A DNA stretch of 32,496 bases from a virus (Duplodnaviria; Caudoviricetes): IMG/VR virus record IMGVR_UViG_3300028865_000008, positions 1-32,496 of that record. One strand, 5' to 3'. How positions within the stretch are numbered: position 1 is the first letter of the stretch; every line of letters begins with the position of its first letter. The position numbers and the translations under genes are program-made. Below are positions 16,746 to 26,800 of this stretch, one piece after another. The notes beneath the pieces were generated by a model. That model did not search any database. It saw only the letters and a list, made by a program, of their open reading frames with translations, and was not told the origin of the DNA.

Positions 16746-17554
16746 TGGCCAGCTTCGGGGAGCAGTTCGAGGCTTCCCGGAAGACCAACCAAGCCATCAG
16801 GGCTCTGGAGGTGTCTGTCCGGATGCGGATCGCAGAGGCCTTTGCGGATTGGGTAGACGGCAGGCACAGCGACCAGTCCGTGCGCTGGGCGATGGAGGCC
16901 ATCATCCGTGACGCCTACCGCTCCGCCGCAGCTGTCGGTCTTGCCCACCTGTCTGCACAGGCCGGGGTCCCCCGATGGAAGCCCACCGGGATGAGGGTCG
17001 AGGTGCTGCGCTCGGCGTACCTCGACGGTCTACTGGAGGACGTCCGCAAGAACCTTCGTGAGTACAAGGCCGGACCCCACGACGACGCCGCCCGAGCACG
17101 CTTCGTTTCCAGAATCGCCCACAGCGCTGGAGTGGCAGCCAGCAGAGGTCACACCGATGCTCTCCTGCGAGGAGCCCGGGAGCTGGTGGACACCTACGGC
17201 TTCGTCGTGCGCAAGGTGTGGCGAGCCAACTTCGTCAACCATGTCCCCTGCGAGCTGTGTGGGGCACTGGAGGGCACGGAAGTGGGTCTCGGGGAGGAGT
17301 TCCCCTCCGACAATCGGCTGAAGGTCTACGGGGACCTGAAGGGCCCCCCGCGCCACCCCCGGTGCATGTGCTGGCTGGTGATCCTGATCGAGGGGCTGGA
17401 GAACTACAACGACTCGACCACCGAGGACAGCACCACCTCTGAGCGGGAGACGTTGTCCACCGATGAGGTCCAGAAGATGAGCCCCGGCTTCTTCGTCAAG
17501 ATCGTCCACTGGCTCCGGAAGCTGGTCAGGACGCTGAGGAGTGCAGATGAGTGA
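16745..17554 (+). CDS. MuF/SPP1 gp7-like head morphogenesis (minor capsid) protein
   Basis: KVW...PCELCGALEG...GPPRHPRCMC signature; located after the portal. Confidence 0.8.
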   Translation: MASFGEQFEASRKTNQAIRALEVSVRMRIAEAFADWVDGRHSDQSVRWAMEAIIRDAYRSAAAVGLAHLSAQAGVPRWKPTGMRVEVLRSAYLDGLLEDVRKNLREYKAGPHDDAARARFVSRIAHSAGVAASRGHTDALLRGARELVDTYGFVVRKVWRANFVNHVPCELCGALEGTEVGLGEEFPSDNRLKVYGDLKGPPRHPRCMCWLVILIEGLENYNDSTTEDSTTSERETLSTDEVQKMSPGFFVKIVHWLRKLVRTLRSADE

Positions 17555-17777
17555 GCTTCCACAGGCCCATGAGACCGTCCGGGTCACCTTCGACACCTAC
17601 CTCGGAGCCGCTGAAGGACTCCTTCTGGTGCTCGAAGATGCCCGGGTCACCGAGTGTGTCTACAGCTTCACAGGGCTCTCCCCGAACAGGATTCTGAAGA
17701 TGGGCCTCACCCTCCAAGGTGACGTGGCCGATCTTCTAAGGCGTGTGGAGCTGATTTCGGGTTCTCACACGGAGTGA
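17547..17777 (+). CDS. Hypothetical protein
   Basis: GAGGAG RBS before ATG 17547. Confidence 0.55.
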   Translation: MSELPQAHETVRVTFDTYLGAAEGLLLVLEDARVTECVYSFTGLSPNRILKMGLTLQGDVADLLRRVELISGSHTE

Positions 17778-17818
17778 CTTCCAGTGCTTTCAGAATCTCT
17801 CTGCTGAGGACAACCACA

Positions 17819-20800
17819 TTGACCGGCACAACTGGCGACCCGCTGATCTTGGAGCTGGCCCGAAAGGTCACCCTCGCAGCTCGGGGAAGCAAGACTCGGT
17901 ACGTCCGCACCCCTGAAGGCTCCCGCAAGTACGGCCTGCCCATCGGTGCACCGATCACACTGGATGCGGTCAAGCGCGCTGCGATCAGGCACCCGGGCAT
18001 GGTCGCCCCCGAGGACAGCGCCACCGGGAACGGTTCCTCGACGAACGCTCCCAGCTCCGCCGCCTCCAAGCCGTCCATCGAGGCCCTCACCAAGGCCCTC
18101 ACCCTGCCCGAGTCCGACAGTCCGAAGATGGTCACCCCCAAGGGAGACCAGAAGGTCAGCGTCGGCGGAGCCACGTTCAACTTCCCCTCCGGTTCCAAGG
18201 TCTTCCGGCCCAAGAAGAACCCGGATGGCTTCGCAGTGGTCCGGGACCCCAACTACGATCTGGTGCTGATCACCTCCAACGGCACCGCCAGCGACATCTC
18301 CGGTGAGTCCGAGCACGTCCTGAACGCCCGACTCGACGACATCGGCCCGAACGACTCCGAGTTCAGCTCTGAGGAACTCGGTGCTCCCGCAGGGGATGCT
18401 GGGAAGCCCTCAGCAGGGTCTCCAGACCCCAACGCGCCCGACACGGCGGATACCACTGACTACGCCCAGTTCCCGTCCTACAAGGACGTTCCTGACTACC
18501 TCGACGACAAGTACATCGCCAAGGTGGTCAGCGGCCTGAAGGCCACCGGGATGGACGAGACCACCCTGAAGGCGCTGGAGGACCAGCTCCACAAGCAGAA
18601 CTCCGACATCAAGGACCGCTGGACCGAGGTCAACGACCCCGACACCCACGCCCAGCAGAAGAAGATCAAGGAGATCGAGGACCAGATGGCCGCGCTTCAG
18701 GCGCAGCTGGAGGACCTGAAGACTCCGAAGCCGAACCCGACCCCCGGCAAGAAGCCTGCTCCCGACGAGGGCACGCCCCCCGCCCCCGACTACTTCGGCA
18801 ACCCCAAGGGCACGGACTACGCCAGCACCCCTGCGCCGAAGGTCGACGGCGCTTCCGCGCGCAAGAAGAACGCCACGGACAAGGCGGTCTCCACCGACAT
18901 CGCGGCCAACGGCATCGACGGTGAGAAGACAGCCGCGAAGCCTGCCGAGCCCAAGAAGCCTGCCGAGCCCAAGAAGCCTGCCGAGCCCAAGAAGCCTGCC
19001 GAGCCCAAGAAGTCCACCAACAAGGAGCTGGCGACCACGCAGGCCGCTTCAGTGCTGAACACCCTCAACGACGGCCCGCTGGACTCGAACAACCCGGACC
19101 ATCAGGCCATGGTCGACTCGTGGGAGAAGTACCTCGACGCCAACCCCGATGTCGCGGATGCCCTGACCCCGAAGCCCAACGCCCCCGAGACGAACCCGGA
19201 GCACGACAAGCAGCTCGCTGGGCTGGAGAAGGAGGCCCGCAAGAACGCTCTGGGCCTCGCCTCCACCGAGATCGGTGGCCAGAAGGTCTGGGCCCGCCGC
19301 AACCGCCAGACCGACAGCTTCGAGTACTCCGTCGAGGACGTTTCTGGAAATGACAACGTCTTCAAGACGCGCGAGGAGGCTCTCGCTCACGTCGCTGCGA
19401 ACATGCCCGAGCCTGCCCCTGAGGACCACGTCTCCAAGCGGGACACCACCAACCTGCCCCCGGCAGAGATGACTCCCGACGAGATCTCCGCGACCATCGC
19501 CGACCTCGAAGCAGGACAGGCCGAGTTCGGCTACATCAGCCCGGAAGGGGAGAAGCGCCTCTCCGAGCTGAAGGCTGCCAAGGGTGGCAAGAAGCGCGCC
19601 CCCAAGGAGGCAGCTCCCGCTCCGGTCGAGCCGGTGGTCGGTGAGTCTGGAGTGAACACCGACCCGAACATGAAGGACTACTGGACCAAGGGCGACATGG
19701 ACACCCACGGCATCGCGCCGGGGCTGCCCGATTTCCCGCAGCAGGCCGTGAGCCGGTCCCAGATCTTGGAGGCCAAGCCCGGAGACAAGTTCCTGCTGAG
19801 CCACCCAGACGACCCGGAGCACAACTCCCTGTGGAACGTCGGCAAGGACGGCTACGCGCACTCGATCTCCGAGGGCGGGGATCCCATGCCTGCCCCTCTC
19901 ACCGAGTTCGCGGAGACCATGGAGTTCGGCTTCCAGATCCACCCGTTCAAGGGCAACAGCAAGAACAAGAACCCCAAGCCTGACCCGGTCCCCGGCGACG
20001 TCGCCACGGAGACGTGGACTGCCAGCGCGCCCGAGGGTGCCTCCGTCCAGTCCAGCAACGGCCTGATCGGTGTGAAGGACCGGGAAGGCAAGTGGACCAC
20101 CGCCATGGGCCCTGTGGCTCCGGACTACTTCGACCCCGCAGACGTCAAGGATGACGACTCCGCCGTGGTCAGCCCGACACCCACCCCGGACCACCCTCTC
20201 GGGGCCACCCGGCAGATCTCCTCTGCTGAGGACCTCAAGCTGGTGCAGGTGGGAGACTCTCTCGCGTTCAAGGACAGCGCCATGACCGGGACCAAGAACT
20301 CTGACGGCACATGGACGCTGGAGAACGACGGACTGGTCTGGAAGATGGACGATGCCAGCATTCTGGCATCGGTGGAAACTCCCGGAACCACGTGGTGGCA
20401 CGTCCCCAATCAGGAGCTGGCGGGCGATGAGCCCAAGAAGAACTGGAAGCCCGGGGAGGCCATCAAGCGTCTCGGTGACCTGCTCGCACAGAAGGTCGGC
20501 ACCAAGCTCCGCTACAAGTTCAAGAAGCCCAAGCCCGATGGCACTGCCGAGTCGGTCTATGTGGTGTACCCCGACGGGAAGCTCAAGAAGGATGGCAGCG
20601 CCCACTCCTTCGACTACTGGACCCTGAAGTCCTCCGTCGCCAGCGGGCAGATCTCCGTGCTGGAGGTCCCGAAGGACGACGTCGTCCTCAATGAGCCCGA
20701 CGTACCCGCCATCACCAAGGTCGAGGACTACACGGTCGGCGACAAGATCGCCGACTACAAGCACCTGAAGGCGATGAAGGCCGGGGATCAGATCACGATG

Positions 20801-23800
20801 ACGATCCCGTCGTCCAAGAACGGTGGCCAGCCGACCGCCGTGGTGCTGACCCGCACCGACGACAACAAGGACTCCGCAGGCTTCATGTTCCTCGTGGGCA
20901 AGAAGGGTGCGGGCTACAACGCTCTGGGCGAGAACAACGCGTCCATCTTCCAAGCCATCTACGACGGTCGTGTGCACTTCGGAGACATCACCCAGCTGCC
21001 GGATGCTTCCGACAAGGAGCTGATGGACAGCGGCGACTGGAGCACCGTCGCCGACATCCCGCTGTGGGATGGTGGACCTCTCGTTTCCGAAAAGGATCTG
21101 CGTACCTTCATCGACGCCCAGATCTACTCCCGCGCCATGCAGGGCTCGTACTACAACACCGACCTGCTCCCCTCCAACAGCCCCTTCAAGTCCGCCTCCC
21201 TGCGCAAGCAGATGTCCAAGATGGCCATCAAGGAGTACAGCAAGCCCGGGATGCCTGCGCGCCACAAGCCCGCCATGATCCGCTTCGCAGCGGAGAAGCT
21301 GGGGCTCCAGTTCACCGATCCGGGCTCCGCGCTGATCCCCGATGACCTCGAACTGAAGGACTTCAAGACCAAGGTCACCGTCGGCAGGTTCGCCAACAAG
21401 AACGGCTTGCCCTCATCCGAGGCCGACAAGATGGGCCCGGAGTCGCTGGAGGTCACCGTCGCGGACATCAAGACCGCCCTCGCGGTGCTCGACAGCATGG
21501 ACGTGATGACCGAGGACGACCAGAACAAGGCTGACAAGATCCTGAAGCGGGTCATGGCCATGCGCGGCAGCGCCCTTCAGGACATGAACGTCGCTCTCGG
21601 CATCGCCGCCTACTACAAGGTGGGCCGCTCGCATGACGAGAAGCACAAGTCCAACTTCGGGTTCGCTGCTCGCCAGCACGACAAGCGCCGCAACAAGGCC
21701 ATGCTCAAGCAGATGCTGATCGAGCAGATGGAAGGCCGGGAGCCCGGCTACTACGGCATCCCCGAGAACGAGGTCTGGTACGACGCCTACGACGAGAACG
21801 GCAACGGCATCGGGGTCAAGTACACCAACTTCTCCACGCTGACCCGGCCCAAGGTCAACAGCGACACCGATTCTGGAAACAAGAGCGCCTACGCCGACGA
21901 GGCCAAGCAGGCACTGGCAGAGGTCAGCGACTCCAAGCTCCCGGCATCCCTCACGGCGAAGGACTTGGCCAACTACCCCAAGTCCTTCCATGGCAAGGCC
22001 GGGACGATGACCCGGATGGAGTCCAAGGGTCCGGTCAGCTACCACGGCACGATCCACTTCAACTCCTACAACAACGAGCCGGGCGGGAAGCCGCACTTCA
22101 AGTACGACGACGGAGCAGGCGCAGGGTTCGCCTTCGGCCCGAACGATCTGGTCACCCTCGATGCTGACGTGACCAACACAGCTCTCGATGAGAACGTGGC
22201 TGCGGTCCTCGACGGTCCTTCCGTGCAGGCCTACCCCGTGACGTGGGTGCAGCCGAAGCCTTCCGAGCACCTGCCCAGCTACGTCGTGTCCAAGAGCGCG
22301 ACCGAGATCAACGGCAGCGAGCACTCGATCTGGATCATCAACAACGGTGGTGCAGACGGCTACAGCTTCTCCCCGTTCCTGAACGGCTACCACGTCGAGC
22401 ACGACAACCACGACAACCACTACCCCTCCGCTGGGGCAGCGCAGGCCGGTGCGGAGGAGTACCTCGCGGCCAAGGCCAACGTGCCTGATGCCGAGATCCC
22501 GCAGTGGGAGAAGGACCTGATGGACTGGTCCAACACCGTGGAGGTCACGACCAAGGTCAACGACACCCCCGGGTCCGTCGACCTGTCCAAGTCCATCCTG
22601 CCTGAGGAACAGCGTGGCCTCCCCGGTGATGGGCACGTCATGATCCACCCGGTCGACGGCAGTGAGCCGAAGCCTTCGTGGGGCAAGTACGGCGCTGGTG
22701 GTGTCGTGGTCACGGCCATGGACAATGGCGTCAAGAAGGTCCTCGTGGGCAAGCGTGGCGACCGGGATGAGTGGTACCTCCCCGGTGGTGCCATCGACCA
22801 GAACGAGACCGGCCTTCAGGGTGCGATGCGCGAGTTCTCCGAGGAGATCCACGGTGGCGAAGGCATCCTGAGCAACCTCAAGCTCGTTAGTGAAAACAAG
22901 GCCGTGATCGGCAAGATCTCCGGCACCGACAAGGACTGGACCTACTCCACCATCGTCACCGACCTCGGTCAGGTGCAGGACATCACAGCCCCCTCCTTCA
23001 CTGAGGACTGGGAGCTGAAGGAGTACCAGTGGTTCTCCGCTGAGGAGCTGACTGCACTGGAGTCCACAGGGGCCCTGCACGCCGCGCTGTCTCACGGCAA
23101 CCTCGCCAAGCTGGCCGGGTTCGAGACCGGCGACATGACCGTCCCCACCGCTGCCTACAGCAAGATGGGCCCCGACAACCTTGCGGAACCCAAGTACGAC
23201 ATCTCTGGCTGGACGAAGATCGCCGGAGACATCGGAGGGTCGAACCCCGGAGGCGTCTACCTCGACGAGAGCGGCAAGAAGTTCTATGTCAAGAAGGGCA
23301 CTCCCGGGCACATGCACAACGAGGTTGTGGCTTCCGCCTTCTATCACCACTTCGAGGTCAATGCCAACGAGGTCGCCTTGGGCAAGGATGGGAACAAGAG
23401 CGACCGTTATCTCGTGAGTCCGTGGATCGAGAACGACGGCAAGGCACTGCCCAAGGCAATGGTCGGACAGGGCCCCACCGGCAAGGCGTTCCTCGCCAAG
23501 GTGCAGGAAGACTTCGCCATCGACGCATGGCTGGGCAACTACGACGTGGCCGGGATGGGCCCGTGGAATCTCGTTGCTGACAAGGATGGCAAGCCCCTCC
23601 GCATCGACCCGGGGGGTGCGATGGGGTACCGCGCCACGGGTGGCAAGAAGGACTGGTGGAGTGGAGACCCCACCGACATCGACGACATGCGCAACGGATC
23701 GACCAAGTCCCCCGGCTACTCCAAGCTGCCTCAGGTCTTCGGGTCGATGGATGACGAGGCTGTGGGTGAGTCCGCCAAGAAGCTGCTGAACATCACCCCG

Positions 23801-26800
23801 GACCAGATCCACACCATCGTCCACTCCTCCGGGTTCAGCGACGCCGAGAAGGCTGAGTTGTACGACACGCTGGTGGAGCGCCGCGCCAAGATCCTCGACC
23901 GGTTCGGGATCAAGGACGAGACCCCCAACGCCGCCGTGAACGCGGTGGCCACCATTCAGGCCCACAGCAAGGGACAGGGAGCCTTCAAGAAGGGCGAGGT
24001 CGCCCAGCTCAAGCAGACCGGCGAGAAGTTCACCATCACCGGCTCCAACAACGAGATCTCCTACGGCGAGACCTCCCCCGGCGTCTACGGGGCCTACCTC
24101 AACGACGAGCTGTCGGTGCAGGATGCTCCGTTCACGATCCCCGCTGGTGAGACCTACGCCTTCTCCAGCAACGACAAGGTCTACACGGTGGGGGAGAAGG
24201 TCAGCGTCTCCAACCCCGAGACCGAGAAGTTCAAGGACGCTGTCGTGCTCAGCGCTGACCCCTCCAGTGGACTGGTGGAGCTGGACTACGCCGACGGCAC
24301 CCACGGCTTCGCGGACAAGACCCACGTCGTGAAGGCTCCCGAGCCGCTGGGCAGCAACAGGGTCCCCACTGCACTGCCGGATGGTTACAAGCCGGTTCCT
24401 GCTGGAGAGAAGATTCTCGCCAAGTACAAGGGCGCGGACATCTACGCGGTGACCAATGGGGACAGCGTCGACTACCACTACGGGCCGAACAATGGCTCCG
24501 AGTCGGGGACGGTCTTTCATGCTGGGGGCATTGACACGGCCTTCATCAAGGACCACAAGGCGATGTGGGACTCCTTCGACGAGGCTCCTGCTGCCGCGCC
24601 GGAGCCGATCCCCAGCTACCCCGAGGGGCTCAGCTTCACCCCGACGTACCAGCTGGCTGCGGGGGACAAGCTCTACTACAACTCTGACCAGTCGTCCATC
24701 ACCATCGTCGAGGCCAAGGGGCAGGTGGTGCAGGTTTCTGCAAACCAGCCCAACGGCGACATGTACGGCGCACAGAGTGAGACGGCCAAGAGCATCAAGG
24801 AGTGGATCGCGGATCCGAAGAGCAGCTTCACTCCGGTGGAGGACGCCCCCAAGGCTCCCGACCTGCCCGCTCTGCCGTTCGTGTCCACCTACGTCCCCGA
24901 GGCGGGGGACCAGATGTACTACAACGAGGACGAGACCACTGTCTCGGTGCTCAAGGCCAACGGCGACGTGGTCCACGTCAGCGAGTTCAACCCCAACGGT
25001 CTCACGCACCCCAACGGCGACTCCATGAATGCAGTCATGAAGGACTGGTTCGCCGCCCCTGACAGCAGCTACCACCCGGTCCCCACTGGCACCCCGGACG
25101 CTCCGGCAGCCGCAGGCAACCCGGCACCGGCCACCATGCCCGACGGCTACGCCCCGATGCCCGAAGGCGCTCGGATCCTCGCCAAGCACACCAGCAACGG
25201 CAACTTCGTGGTCCGCCACGCCGACAACACCGCCCACTACTACTTCCCCGACGGCAAGGTGCAGGCTGCGCTGGCCTACCCCTCCGTCTTCGAGGAGAAG
25301 TCCGACAACTGGGATCCCTACGACAAGCCCGAGCCCGGCGTCTCCAAGAAGCTGCCGCCCATGACCGAGCTGCCGGATGGCTTCAAGAAGCTCCCGGCCA
25401 ACGCCACCATCGTGGCCAAGACGGTCTCCCCCAGCCCCGCCTACGCCGTGGAGTGGAAGGGCAAGATCTGGTACTACAACCCCTCCGGAGCCGTCATGGA
25501 CGCCGGAGAAGCTGGTGCGACCAAGCGGATGATCGAGAAGACCACCGACGGCTGGGTCATGTTCGAGAAGCCCAACGAGATCCTCGACAGCCCCAAGGCC
25601 GATGTGATCAAGGCCCCCGATAAGCTGCCCGCTGGTTACACCCAGCCCGCACCGGGATCGAAGTACATCGCCATGTACTCCGGAGCCTCCGGAGATGTTC
25701 ATGCAGTGATGGGGGCCGACGGCAAGGTCTCCTACTTCTACGCCGACGGCAGCACCTATGAGCTGCCCGGGGACGGCGACGTGGAGGCCAAGAACCTCGC
25801 GAACACGGCCAAGTACGAGAAGAGCTGGTCGCTGTACGACGGCTACGACCTGCCGATGTCGGCCCCGAAGAAGAGCTTGCTGCCTGACAACTACCTTGCG
25901 CCCCCGGAGGGCTCCAAGGTCATCGCGGTGGACATGACCGGCAAGATCTACGCGGTCAAGCACCCCGACGGAACCATGAGCTGGGCCTACCCGTCCGGCT
26001 ACAACTACGACCAGCCCGCCCACATCACCGAGCAGACGGTGCTGGGGAACACGCACAGCTGGAAGCCGGTCGACCCGAGCAACCCAGCCACGGTCATCGA
26101 CGCCAACATCGATGGGGTCAAGGACCACAAGGGCTCCGTGCTCGCCGTCGGCGACGACGTCACGGTCGTGAAGTTCAACAAGGGTGGACTCTCCAACAAG
26201 GCCAAGGTCGTTTCGATAAACAAGGTGACCGGCAAGGTCAAGATCGTCCGTCTGGACGACAAGGGCAACCAGCTCTGGGGCTCGGACGGCAAGCTGGTCT
26301 ACTCGACGCTGGACTCCAAGAGCCTTGGCAAGGCCGCACCCAAGGTGGTCTGGGACTCCTCCACAGGCCTCCCCAAGGGCGTCTCCATGAGCGAGGGCAA
26401 CCCGGACAGCCCGATGTATGGCAAGCCCGCTCCCGTGGCTCCCAAGGCCCCTGTGAGCGTCGGTGACAGTGCAGGCCCAACCCCACTCGATCTGTCGCCT
26501 GACTTCATGGAGCGGGCGGAGAAGGCCTATGCCGCCTACCGGGCGAAGCACTCTCCCGTTCTCGACCCCAAGGCATTGAAGGACTCCTCCACTGCGTGGA
26601 ACCCGATCAATCAGGCCATGCACGGGGATCAGGCCCAGCTGGACCACATCAAGACCAAGGGCTACTTCGGCGACGAGCCTGCGCTCTACGAGGAGATTCA
26701 GGCCTCCATCGACAAGCTGAAGGCCAGTTACTCCGAGACCATCCACGCCTACGAGGTGCAGAAGGCCGAGTACGAGGCCAAGCACACCGAGTGGCTACAG

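Noticed and set aside
17743-17754. Leaderless mini-ORF GTG TGG AGC TGA after CCGATCTT
   Set aside because: Three codons only; cannot be distinguished from chance without ribosome profiling.
21413-26785. 1790-aa minus-strand ORF (also 19049-21265, 3459-4844, 30325-31398 and others)
   Set aside because: Antisense shadows of strongly GC3-biased plus-strand genes; V/G/L/D-rich, with no motifs or RBS.
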